64,000 nt of DNA from a virus (lineage: Duplodnaviria; Caudoviricetes). Numbering within the stretch: position 1 is the first letter of the stretch; each line of letters starts with the position of its first letter. Positions 45,467 to 54,200 of the stretch are shown here, in pieces. Both the position numbers and the translations under genes were made by a program. The DNA lies in IMG/VR virus record IMGVR_UViG_3300037603_000023, positions 817 through 64,816 of that record; one strand, 5' to 3'. The notes under the pieces are model-generated. The model did not search any database. It worked only from the letters and a program-made list of their open reading frames with translations, and was not told the DNA's origin.

Positions 45467-45603
45467 CGGCCATCCCCTTGAATGATGAGTATCGAATCAC
45501 CGTTCGGCGTCGTGACTTTCGGCGTCTCCATGACCACAAGACCAAAACCGATAAGGATCGCAACGATCGACGCTGCAACGAAGTGCCCAAAAGCATTTGT
45601 CAT
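45463..45603 (-). CDS. small membrane protein
   Basis: MTNAFGHFVAASIVAILIGFGLVVM...; both ends overlap neighbours. Confidence 0.6.
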   Translation of the reverse strand: MTNAFGHFVAASIVAILIGFGLVVMETPKVTTPNGDSILIIQGDGR

Positions 45604-46187
45604 GCCCTTCTCCTGGATTGTGCGTGAATAAGCAGCGGATCAACTGGCTGGCACAGCTTCGGCGCCACGCGCATCTCCGCGTAGGACCAGACCGCAAGCG
45701 CATCCGTGCGGTCCGTCGTGATGTCGTCGTCGTCCCAGGACATCCAGCCGAGCGCCACGCATTTGCGTTGCACTGCCGCCTTGGCGACGTCGCCCTTGCC
45801 GTTGCCCTTGCCTATGAAGTGGGAGCGGACCGAGCCTTGGTGCGCAAATTCCCAATGGTAGTGACCGAGGGTGTAGAACATGCCCTGCAGCGCAGCTGGC
45901 AGCCCGTAGAGAACCAGCATGACCGTCGTTGACGTCTGGCCGGATTTCGCGTTCGGCGCGATCGGCGCTTCACAAAAGATGTGCGTGGGATTGAATTCCT
46001 TGGCGGCTTCCGTCGCATAGCGCAGCGCATTGGCGAACTTCGCCCCGTTGCTGATCGTCCCGCCCTTTGGCTTAGCGCCATCACGGGTAAACCACTTCGA
46101 CCCGGAGACCGGCTTCTGGCCGGCCTCGCCAAAGGCGTAACCAAACCTGGAAGCCACGTCTAAAGCCAGAATGCGCGGAACGGTCAA
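45600..46187 (-). CDS. RuvC-like Holliday junction resolvase
   Basis: RILALDVA, IFCEAP, DRTDALAV catalytic acidic motifs. Confidence 0.8.
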   Translation of the reverse strand: MTVPRILALDVASRFGYAFGEAGQKPVSGSKWFTRDGAKPKGGTISNGAKFANALRYATEAAKEFNPTHIFCEAPIAPNAKSGQTSTTVMLVLYGLPAALQGMFYTLGHYHWEFAHQGSVRSHFIGKGNGKGDVAKAAVQRKCVALGWMSWDDDDITTDRTDALAVWSYAEMRVAPKLCQPVDPLLIHAQSRRRA

Positions 46188-46864
46188 TTTCTGCCCCCAC
46201 GTTTAAGCGGGGCGGCAAGTTGTGATGGCTGCCAACCTCTTCTTATCCTGCTGTAAAGCGTACCATATTTGATGCCGGTGCGTTCGGCGTATTCGGCAAC
46301 GCTGACGGGCCCTGTTTCCAAAGAAATGAGCAAATTCGAGCGCCGATTTCTGGCCTGCTCTTTCCGTGATGCCCATCGGACATTTGATGGCTCATAGGGG
46401 CCGTCATTATTCCGACGGTCCAGTGTCAATCCACTGGGGCGCTTTCCGACATCCTCGGCGAAACACTGGAAACCAGTCTTGCCACCCTCCCCAAATCGCC
46501 ATCGAGCACAGACAAGAATGCCGCGGCCACCATAGTGCTGAAAATGCTCGCTGTTCTCGTTGTAGCATCGATCCAGCATGTTGCCGTAACTATCGATGAG
46601 ATCGCGCTTACTGCTGCGCGTAAGAAGCCCATGCTTGGTATTTGCACTCGCGGAACGTTCCCGCTGGATGCAACCGCACGACAATGTGTGGCCTGAACGA
46701 AGCTTTGTTGCTGTGGTCCGCGCTTCCCCGCCACACGCGCACTGACATAACCATATTTTCTGGCCTCTCGACGTAGACCCGCAAATGGAGACTGCCGTCA
46801 GACGCCCAAACACCTGACCGGACAGTTCTAGACGATTATGCGCCGGACGATTTGCATAGACCAT
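46184..46864 (-). CDS. HNH endonuclease (homing-type)
   Basis: FGRLTA, YGGRGILVCARW, TLDRRNNDGPYEPSNVRWA...Q.RN. Confidence 0.85.
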   Translation of the reverse strand: MVYANRPAHNRLELSGQVFGRLTAVSICGSTSRGQKIWLCQCACGGEARTTATKLRSGHTLSCGCIQRERSASANTKHGLLTRSSKRDLIDSYGNMLDRCYNENSEHFQHYGGRGILVCARWRFGEGGKTGFQCFAEDVGKRPSGLTLDRRNNDGPYEPSNVRWASRKEQARNRRSNLLISLETGPVSVAEYAERTGIKYGTLYSRIRRGWQPSQLAAPLKRGGRN

Positions 46865-46873
46865 AACTAGACC

Positions 46874-47320
46874 TCACTCGTCGCCTTCAGGAGCAGCCTT
46901 GTCCCACTCGCCCTGCTCTTGGTCAGTCAGATCGCCCTGGACGGCATCGATCACCGCATTGGTGGTCTCGTCGCGCTCCACGGCCGCCTTACCCAATGGG
47001 CTGTCGGCGAAGTCGCCCAGCGCCTCGCGGATGTCGTTGAATACGGCCGCATCGTCGTCCTCGAGGTCTTCGCGAGCGGCCTCGGCCTTCCGCTCAAGTT
47101 CACGGACCTTGACGACGGCCTTGACCGCCTTTTTCGAAAGCCCGGCATCCTTGGCCTCGTCGAGAACCTGCTTCTTGTTCTCCTGGATGCGCCGGGCGCG
47201 CTCCATGTAGGCCGTCTTCTCGCGCATCAACTCGCTATCGAGTTCTTCCAGGCGGTTGATGTAGGCAGCCATTTCGTCGCTGTTGGCGCGGTTGCGCCCT
47301 TCAAGAATCCGCGCGGTCAT
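46874..47320 (-). CDS. gapR: GapR/DUF2312-like nucleoid-associated protein
   Basis: YINRLEEL..E...KQVLDEAKDAGLSKKAVKAVVKVR. Confidence 0.7.
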   Translation of the reverse strand: MTARILEGRNRANSDEMAAYINRLEELDSELMREKTAYMERARRIQENKKQVLDEAKDAGLSKKAVKAVVKVRELERKAEAAREDLEDDDAAVFNDIREALGDFADSPLGKAAVERDETTNAVIDAVQGDLTDQEQGEWDKAAPEGDE

Positions 47321-47367
47321 CTTGTTTTCCTTCTCAGTCAGGGATAACGGCGCAGCCCGCCGCAGGC

Positions 47368-47787
47368 TTACTCCGCGGCTTCGAGGAACCCGCTCAAAAC
47401 TTCACTCTGGACAGAATTCAAAGGCGCACCGCGAACAGCGAGTTCGCGAACGATACGGTTGGCTGCACGAGCAAAGGCCAGGCGAGCAACACGGCGGCGC
47501 TCACGACGCAGCGCTACCCACAGCGCAACGGCCTCATGGCCGCGCAAAGACGCTTCTCCAGCCAGCATCGAGCGCACGCGGCGCTCGGTCAGCGGCCGCT
47601 CACGGCGATCAATGTGTCGCGCAACCGCGTTGCGGATGGCAGGTATCTTGATCTTGTCGGCAGCGTCGCCGCACAGCAGCTTGCCGAGCTCTCGCGTCGC
47701 CTGCGCCGGGCTGGCGACGCAATACTCGACACCGCCCGGCGCACCCTCATTTTCCTTGGGAGGAAAATTGGAAAAACTTTCCAGCAT
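47368..47787 (-). CDS. CII-like/HTH regulator
   Basis: AGGAG RBS before ATG 47787; LTERRVRSMLAGEA motif; position downstream of cro. Confidence 0.5.
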   Translation of the reverse strand: MLESFSNFPPKENEGAPGGVEYCVASPAQATRELGKLLCGDAADKIKIPAIRNAVARHIDRRERPLTERRVRSMLAGEASLRGHEAVALWVALRRERRRVARLAFARAANRIVRELAVRGAPLNSVQSEVLSGFLEAAE

Positions 47788-47891
47788 TTTGGCATCTCCT
47801 TCGGTCAAAGTGTCCGCAACCAACGGAGACACAGATGATGAAGAGCCGGAAATGCAGGGGCCCACCACAGGCCCGAAAGAACCAGAGAGCA

Positions 47892-48446
47892 TCATGAAGA
47901 TGCTCCAACGCATGATCGTTGAGCCAGGACCGCTGGCAGGCGATCGTTCGGGAAAAAGTCGTCGGCTCGAAGGTCGATCGAGTTCGCCTTCGCATAAGCC
48001 AGCAACGCCTTAAACTCAGGCACAGGGATAGAGCCCCCTGTGCCGCCAGTTGATGCAGGTGTTTTGCGCGGCATCATCCACCGGTAGACACGGCTCGTGT
48101 CCCGACCAGTGATTTCGGCAACAACCCGAGGGCCACCCATTACGGCAACAATTTCCCGCGCAGGAGAAAGATAGCGCTCCCACGTACTAGGCTTTCCATG
48201 ATCCCATTCGGTGGCGTTGTCCCGAATGAAATCGCGCAATTTCGACGTTAACCGAAACCACTCGCCATGGGATCGAAGATGAGAAAACTTACGATGAAGT
48301 TCGCGTTCGTCGCGCTGATCACCATCACGGACGGCAAGCAGGGTGCAGGGCGCAGGGCAGCCCGTCGCAAGCATCTGCAGTCGCCGCTTCGGATTGTTGG
48401 AATAACCAATTTTCACCAAACCCATGGCTTCAATGAAGTAGATCAT
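47892..48446 (-). CDS. T5orf172 (GIY-YIG) domain fused to Cro-like HTH domain
   Basis: IYFIEAMGLVKIGYS...E.ELH..F...R..GEWF then GGPRVVAEITGRDTSRVYRW. Confidence 0.75.
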   Translation of the reverse strand: MIYFIEAMGLVKIGYSNNPKRRLQMLATGCPAPCTLLAVRDGDQRDERELHRKFSHLRSHGEWFRLTSKLRDFIRDNATEWDHGKPSTWERYLSPAREIVAVMGGPRVVAEITGRDTSRVYRWMMPRKTPASTGGTGGSIPVPEFKALLAYAKANSIDLRADDFFPNDRLPAVLAQRSCVGASS

Positions 48447-48667
48447 TCCGCAGTCTCCGGAGATCCGAAAAACTCGGGCAAAAGCGCCTTCCGAGAAATG
48501 CCCGTAACGCCCTCGACCTCGATTGCTCGACGAGGTGTTATCTGGCCGCGCTCCCAGCGAAGCACGGTCGACTTATCCACGGGGGGCGTGAACAACTTAC
48601 CGAACGCCTCAAGGGACATTCCTCCGTTGTCTTCGCGGTACTTGGTGATTTTCGATGTCTGCTCCAT
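48443..48667 (-). CDS. cro: Cro-like repressor
   Basis: MSLEAFGKLF..VDKSTVLRWERG HTH; divergent from cI. Confidence 0.8.
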   Translation of the reverse strand: MEQTSKITKYREDNGGMSLEAFGKLFTPPVDKSTVLRWERGQITPRRAIEVEGVTGISRKALLPEFFGSPETAE

Positions 48668-48678
48668 AGCCGAGGTAT

Positions 48679-48695
48679 GTTGCATAAGTTGCAAC
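48679..48695. promoter_or_regulatory. operator between cro and cI
   Basis: GTTGCATAAGTTGCAAC palindrome just upstream of cro. Confidence 0.8.
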
Positions 48696-48792
48696 CTCAT
48701 GCAAGCAAAAAAGTTGCACGACGCAATAACGATTGATCGCTTGGGGTTTTGTAAAGTTGCAGTTGGAACAACACTGCGAGAACCCGCCCTCC

Positions 48793-49137
48793 ATGTACGA
48801 GCTCAAAAAAATTCATGAGGGGAAAACCCCTCAGCGCATTCACTTCATCGCGGAGTGGGCCGAGAAGCGTGGACTGAAGCAGTCCGACGTCGCCCGCGAG
48901 ATCGGCGCGGACAAAGGGCTCGTATCAAGATGGTTTAGCGGTACGGTGCCCAAGGCTGAATACCTGGAGCAATTGCGCGCTCTGTTCCACGCAGAAGAAG
49001 TCAGTTCACTTTTTCGCCATCCTGACGATGACTGGATCGCTCGCCTCTTTCGAGATAAATCGGACGAACAAAGGGAGCGCGCAATCGATATGCTAAGGCT
49101 GTTATTTCAAGACAGCAAAACAGGCACCGACGGGTAG
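48793..49137 (+). CDS. CI-like XRE repressor without peptidase domain
   Basis: LKQSDVAREIGADKGLVSRWFSG HTH; 114 aa; divergent from cro. Confidence 0.8.
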   Translation: MYELKKIHEGKTPQRIHFIAEWAEKRGLKQSDVAREIGADKGLVSRWFSGTVPKAEYLEQLRALFHAEEVSSLFRHPDDDWIARLFRDKSDEQRERAIDMLRLLFQDSKTGTDG

Positions 49138-49160
49138 CCAATTTAGCGAAGGGTGCCGGA

Positions 49161-49511
49161 ATGATTGGCTGCCGCATATTTGCAATTGGGTTTGCAGTCA
49201 CTGTTGCGGCTATCGTCGTCTGGGCGATGTTGCTTCCGAAAGTTGATCAGTGCGAATCAGAAATTGCCGCTGTTGACGCCGCCCGGAATGTTGTGAGGAA
49301 CAGCATCGCCTCACCGTCGACGGCTAAATTCCCTTCTGGAACAGGCCCTTACACGATTGTTAATGTAGAAGAGTGCCGCTACCGCATAGCGGGCTACTTC
49401 GACGCCCAGAACCGTTTCGGGGCGATGACCCGGGCGAGATTCATTGCGGAAGTCTACTACTCCAGAGACCGCGAAGGCTGGTACGGCGAAGACGTCTCGA
49501 TTATCGAGTGA
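49161..49511 (+). CDS. membrane-anchored protein, possible superinfection exclusion
   Basis: N-terminal TM, YFDAQNRFGA motif; co-transcribed with repressor. Confidence 0.55.
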   Translation: MIGCRIFAIGFAVTVAAIVVWAMLLPKVDQCESEIAAVDAARNVVRNSIASPSTAKFPSGTGPYTIVNVEECRYRIAGYFDAQNRFGAMTRARFIAEVYYSRDREGWYGEDVSIIE

Positions 49512-49943
49512 CCTCGGCGCATAGACGGCGCCGGACGCCGTCTGCGATCAAGCTCGTGCTGATTCCTGGGCTTTTCCCTCAAGAACACAACTACGATCTT
49601 CTCAATCTGTCGAATGTCTCAAAGGCTTCATTTCTACCCCACTGACCCTGAGTTTAGACCCGATATCCGGCAAAGACCCCCTACCCCATCAGCCGCGACT
49701 GATAGGGAGGGAAGCCTTGCCGCTCTGACCCTTGAGATGAGCCCGATAGAGCCGGCAGGACGCCTCTCGGCAATCCGTCCTCTGTTTCCGGCGGCACCGT
49801 AGGATGATCTAACCCCCGCGCCTGGCGCTTCACCGGCAGTGGAGTTGCACCACTGTCGCGCCTGAGCAGGCGTCCGCGTCGTTGCACGGCTCGCCCTATC
49901 GCCAGCGTTTTACCAATACGATTCTATCTTCTGCAACAACAAA

Positions 49944-49994
49944 GTTGCACGTTATGCAATTTTTTCGCTTGCGTATGGTTGCAAGTTATGCAAC
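49944..49994. promoter_or_regulatory. tandem operators upstream of the rightward early operon
   Basis: GTTGCACGTTATGCAAT (49944-49960) and GTTGCAAGTTATGCAAC (49978-49994). Confidence 0.8.
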
Positions 49995-50041
49995 AAACCT
50001 CGCCGTAAGTTCTGCCTTTTGCGGGCTGCGGAGAGGATACA

Positions 50042-50230
50042 ATGAAGCCGCCACCACCACGCAATGAAACGGTCAATCGCATCGCCGAGATAGCCGACCT
50101 GGACATTCACAACGCCGTCGCTCGCTATATGGCCGGTGAAGATCTCACTGAAGCGGAAAGCATGCTCGTTGCGCTGGCTCAAGCCAGTGCCAACGCCCGG
50201 GCATACGCTCATTTCGGTGAACTGCTTTGA
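50042..50230 (+). CDS. small hypothetical protein
   Basis: GAGGA RBS; first gene after the operators. Confidence 0.65.
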   Translation: MKPPPPRNETVNRIAEIADLDIHNAVARYMAGEDLTEAESMLVALAQASANARAYAHFGELL

Positions 50231-51162
50231 CGGTCGAGATCATCTACCCAGCTGATCACACGGCTTGGCTTGCGGCCCGTTCACGGGACATCACCGCGTC
50301 GGTGGCTGGGGCGCTTTTCGGTGCCCACCCTTACACGACTGCCTATCAAATCTGGGCGGAAAAGACCGGCGCGATTGAACGTGATGAGGCCGAGAACGCC
50401 GCCATGCGCCGCGGTCGCTTGCTAGAGCCCGCCGCCGTCCAGATGCTTCGCGAGGAACGTCCGGACTGGACCGTCGAATATCGGCAGGACAATGCCTACT
50501 TCCGCGCCCCTGCTCTGCGCATCGGCGCCACGCCTGATGCGTTCGTGCAACGCCCGGAGACGTTTGGGCAGGGAATCTGCCAGTTCAAGACATCGTCCGA
50601 AGAGGCCTTTCGGAAATACTGGATCGACCCGGACACCGGTGACGTCGAGGTTCCCACTTGGATTGCTGTGCAAGCGATCGTGGAAGCCAAGCTGACGGGC
50701 GCGACATGGGCCAGCGTGGCCGTCATGGTCGTCGGTCGAGGCATCGATATGCACGTCTTCGATGTCCCGCTCCATGACGCCGTCTGGAAGGCGCTGCTCG
50801 GCAAGGCCCGTGAATTCTGGGAACTGACCGACGCAGGCGATCACCCGCCGCTGGAGTGGGACCGTGACGGATCGACTGTGATCGACGTCTACCGCTCCAC
50901 TGAGCCACGTCGCATCGACCTCACCGGGGATCTCGAGACGGACATGATCGTCGGCCGCTTCGAGGGTGCGCGCGCTGACCGGCGCGCTGCCCAGAAGCTC
51001 GAGGACGTCCTGCGCGCCCAGGTCATCTATGCGCTCGGCAATGCCGACGAGGGTGAAACTGCCCGCTTCAAGATCAAGGCTCCAGAGCGCGTCCGGAAGG
51101 ACGGCGCCACCTACCGCAACATCAAAATCATATCGAAGGAAGGATCATTCGATGCCTACTGA
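50227..51162 (+). CDS. YqaJ-like (lambda Exo family) exonuclease
   Basis: WLAARSRDITASVAGALFG, GRLLEP, IGATPD, CQFKT. Confidence 0.9.
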   Translation: MTVEIIYPADHTAWLAARSRDITASVAGALFGAHPYTTAYQIWAEKTGAIERDEAENAAMRRGRLLEPAAVQMLREERPDWTVEYRQDNAYFRAPALRIGATPDAFVQRPETFGQGICQFKTSSEEAFRKYWIDPDTGDVEVPTWIAVQAIVEAKLTGATWASVAVMVVGRGIDMHVFDVPLHDAVWKALLGKAREFWELTDAGDHPPLEWDRDGSTVIDVYRSTEPRRIDLTGDLETDMIVGRFEGARADRRAAQKLEDVLRAQVIYALGNADEGETARFKIKAPERVRKDGATYRNIKIISKEGSFDAY

Positions 51163-51910
51163 AGCTGTGGCCGGCCCAGGTCATAACAACCCGCCCCTGC
51201 CAGATCTCTTAAAGGATGAGTTCTTCGCCCTCATGGACGAAGTCGAATCCCTCGCCAAAGACGCGAATGCCGCTAAAGCCGCGGTCGATGATCGCGGGCT
51301 GAACAGCGACGAAGATGTCCTGCCGCTGATCGAGATCGGCAAGGCCGCCACCAAGCTCACTCCGAAGATCGATAAGACCCGCCTCGAACGCACGCAACCG
51401 CTTCGCGACGACGTCGAGACGATCAACGGGTTCTTCAATGTCATGAAGGAGCGCGTCGAGCGTATCAAAAAGGGCTTCGCGGCCAAGGTCGGGGAGTATG
51501 ACGCCGCCAAGCGCGAGCGTGAGCGCCGTGAGGCGGCCGAGCGCGCCCGTATTGCCCAGGAAGAGGCACAGCGCAAGCTCGATGAAGCCGCTGCCGCCCA
51601 GCACTCCGTCATGTCCGATGTCGTCATGAACGAAGCGGCCGAGGCGGAGCATCGCGCTTCCCGGGCGGCGATCGAGGCCACAAAGGCAGGGACCGGGCCG
51701 ACGAAGACAGACGCCGGCACGGTCAGCCAGTCCGCGCCGTGGACGTTCGTCGTTGAGGATTGGGACGCGATCGATCTGCGCGAACTCCGCGACAGCTTCA
51801 CGGTCGCCGAGATCGAGAAGGCCATCCGCGGCCACGTTCGCAAGCACAAGAACACGAAACCGCTGAAGGGTGTCCGCTTCTACCAGGAAGCCAAGACGTC
51901 GTTCCGCTGA
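51152..51910 (+). CDS. coiled-coil recombination-module protein
   Basis: GPGHNNPP N-terminus; KGVRFYQE C-terminus. Confidence 0.65.
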   Translation: MPTEAVAGPGHNNPPLPDLLKDEFFALMDEVESLAKDANAAKAAVDDRGLNSDEDVLPLIEIGKAATKLTPKIDKTRLERTQPLRDDVETINGFFNVMKERVERIKKGFAAKVGEYDAAKRERERREAAERARIAQEEAQRKLDEAAAAQHSVMSDVVMNEAAEAEHRASRAAIEATKAGTGPTKTDAGTVSQSAPWTFVVEDWDAIDLRELRDSFTVAEIEKAIRGHVRKHKNTKPLKGVRFYQEAKTSFR

Positions 51911-51923
51911 TCAGGAGATCCGC

Positions 51924-53024
51924 ATGAATACGAAGACACAAGAGATGGAGATCGTCACTCAGGATGGTGAGGTGATCTCCGGGCTCCCAGCCGGATATTC
52001 CGGGCAGGAAGGAAGCCTCGCTGTCAGCCTCGCCAGGGCCGAAGTTGATCAGCAGATCGCAACATCCCGCGCGCTGCCGCGCAACATTCGGAAGGCTGTC
52101 GACAACATCAAGTCGCTGGCCACCCTCGACGAGAAAAGCGCTGAGGAATGCGTCTACGCGCTTCCGCGCGGCGGTAAGCCGATCAAGGGACCGTCAATCC
52201 GCCTGGCTGAGATTATCGCATCGCAGTGGGGCAACTGCCGGGTTGGCGCTCGCGTCGTCCATGTCGATCGCCATGAAAAGTGGGTCGAGGCCGAGGGTGT
52301 TTTCCACGATCTGGAATCGAACACGGCTACCACGTCGCGGGTTCGCCGGCGCATCGTCGACAAGAACGGAAATCTCTACTCCGATGACATGATCATCGTC
52401 ACCGGCAACGCGGCATGCTCGATTGCGAAGCGCAACGCCATCCTTGGCGCTGTCCCGAAGGCAGTTTGGCGCTCGGCATATGACGCGGTGGAAAGCGTAA
52501 TTGCTGGAGATGTGAAGACGCTGGTTGAGCGGCGCGGGAAGGCCATGAAGGCGTTTGCAGCGTTCGGCGTCACGCCAGATCGCGTTTGCGAGGCCTTGGG
52601 TGTTTCTGGGCCCGAGGAAATCACCGTCGACCTTATGCCCATCCTGCTTGGCTGTCATTCCGCCCTGAAGAGCGGAGAGGCCACGGTCGAAGAGCTTTTC
52701 CCCGTGAAGGGGGAAAAGCCATCAGGCCCGAAAGACCTTTCCTCCCGCCTCGACGCTATCGCCAAGGCAAATACCAACTCAGACACCAAGGAACCAGACG
52801 GCGAGAAGGATGCGCCGTCCGGTGATGCCGGTGAGGAAGGCGCAACTGACGTTGGCGACGAGGCCGAAGCCGCCGCCATGACGCCCGTCGAGACAGCCCG
52901 GGCCGAAGGCCTTGAGGCCGGGCGAAAGGGCATGGCTCGGAAGGCCATGCCCGCCAAGTACCGCAACGACGCCGAACTCTCGGCGGCATGGATTTCCGGA
53001 TTTGATGAAGGGGTGAAGGGATGA
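51924..53024 (+). CDS. putative single-strand annealing/recombination protein
   Basis: AEVDQQIATSRALPR, YALPRGGKPIKGPSIRLAE; synteny with YqaJ. Confidence 0.6.
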   Translation: MNTKTQEMEIVTQDGEVISGLPAGYSGQEGSLAVSLARAEVDQQIATSRALPRNIRKAVDNIKSLATLDEKSAEECVYALPRGGKPIKGPSIRLAEIIASQWGNCRVGARVVHVDRHEKWVEAEGVFHDLESNTATTSRVRRRIVDKNGNLYSDDMIIVTGNAACSIAKRNAILGAVPKAVWRSAYDAVESVIAGDVKTLVERRGKAMKAFAAFGVTPDRVCEALGVSGPEEITVDLMPILLGCHSALKSGEATVEELFPVKGEKPSGPKDLSSRLDAIAKANTNSDTKEPDGEKDAPSGDAGEEGATDVGDEAEAAAMTPVETARAEGLEAGRKGMARKAMPAKYRNDAELSAAWISGFDEGVKG

Positions 53025-53272
53025 GCAGCAACCAGAAATTCGAGATCAATAACCTCGACGTCACTCACTCTGCTGCGGTGACGTTCATCGGGGCGCTCGA
53101 CGCCCAGATCCAGGAACTGAAGGACAATCTGGATCGCCTGCACATCCTGCGCGCCGGTGCTGCGCGCACCTTCGGTATAGACCGACCAGATAGCGGCACC
53201 TTCGTCGAGAAGCTGACTGCCGGCGCCAACCGCACTCAGTTCGAGGGCGAGAAGAAGGCGGGTGCGGTATGA
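53021..53272 (+). CDS. hypothetical protein
   Basis: ATGA overlaps. Confidence 0.6.
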   Translation: MSSNQKFEINNLDVTHSAAVTFIGALDAQIQELKDNLDRLHILRAGAARTFGIDRPDSGTFVEKLTAGANRTQFEGEKKAGAV

Positions 53273-53472
53273 GTGAGCCAATTCTGCCTACCAGTGAACC
53301 GCTTGAATTCAACGGCCTGACCAAGCGCGAAGAATTCGCTCGATCTGCGATGCTTGGCATTCTTGCGTCAGAGTCAGAAGGGAATTTCTACGACCCGGAA
53401 TGGGCGGCCGAGCGGTCCGTTTTATTTGCTGATGCTCTTATCGCTCGACTGGCGAAAGGCGGTGAGGCATGA
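53269..53472 (+). CDS. hypothetical protein
   Basis: GLTKREEFA..AM.G...A..S...ADALI phage motif. Confidence 0.7.
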   Translation: MSEPILPTSEPLEFNGLTKREEFARSAMLGILASESEGNFYDPEWAAERSVLFADALIARLAKGGEA

Positions 53473-54200
53473 CCGAGATCCCTATGCTTTCCGTCCTCCG
53501 CTTCTGCGATACCGAGACAACGGGATTTAAGAAACCCGCAGAAATGGTCGAGATTGGTTGGACAGACCTACGCCTGTACCCAGAAGGGTGGGTGATTGAG
53601 GTCGATAACCAAAGCGCCTTTGTTCAACCAGGAGTTCCTATTGAGCAGGGCGCTTTCGAGACCCATGGCATAACTCTTGAGATGACCGTTGGAGGGTTGC
53701 TCCCCAGCGAAGCGCGCGCTTTGCTGGACAAGGATTCGGCGATTTTGGGTGCTCACAATGTCGCTTACGACCGGCAGTTCGTCCGGTCTGGCAAGCCATG
53801 GATTTGCACCCTCGAGTGCGCCCGTAAGGTTTGGCCGAAGGCTCCCAACCACAAGCTCGAAACGCTGAAGGAATATCTCGGCATCGAGCTCGAGGGTGAC
53901 GCCCACCGCGCCGGATACGACGCTGCCGTGGCGGCTCGCATCTTCCTTCACCTGACCAAGCACATGACAATCGAAGAGATGTTGGAGCGGTCAACTCCCG
54001 AAAGCGTGCCTTTGTTGATTGAATTTGGGAGCAAGTACAGGGGTCGCCCGTTTGAGGATGCTGATACTGGCTACCTGAAGTGGATACCAACCACCGACAT
54101 GCGGAAAGGCATCAAGACAGCCGCACGATTGGCTCTACAGGCTCGGGAGACGGCGCCGGTGGTGCGGTCGGCAGGGTCTGCATGGGATCGGAGCTTCTGA
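53469..54200 (+). CDS. DEDDh 3'-5' exonuclease (ExoX-like)
   Basis: DTETTG, AHNVAYD, AHRAGYD motifs. Confidence 0.9.
   Translation: MTEIPMLSVLRFCDTETTGFKKPAEMVEIGWTDLRLYPEGWVIEVDNQSAFVQPGVPIEQGAFETHGITLEMTVGGLLPSEARALLDKDSAILGAHNVAYDRQFVRSGKPWICTLECARKVWPKAPNHKLETLKEYLGIELEGDAHRAGYDAAVAARIFLHLTKHMTIEEMLERSTPESVPLLIEFGSKYRGRPFEDADTGYLKWIPTTDMRKGIKTAARLALQARETAPVVRSAGSAWDRSF

Noticed and set aside
48713-48773. Additional operators between cro and cI (GTTGCACGACGCAAT, GTTGCAGTTGGAACAAC)
   Set aside because: They have one good half-site, but spacing or the second half deviates from GTTGCA-N5-TGCAAC. They may be weak sites but are not supportable.
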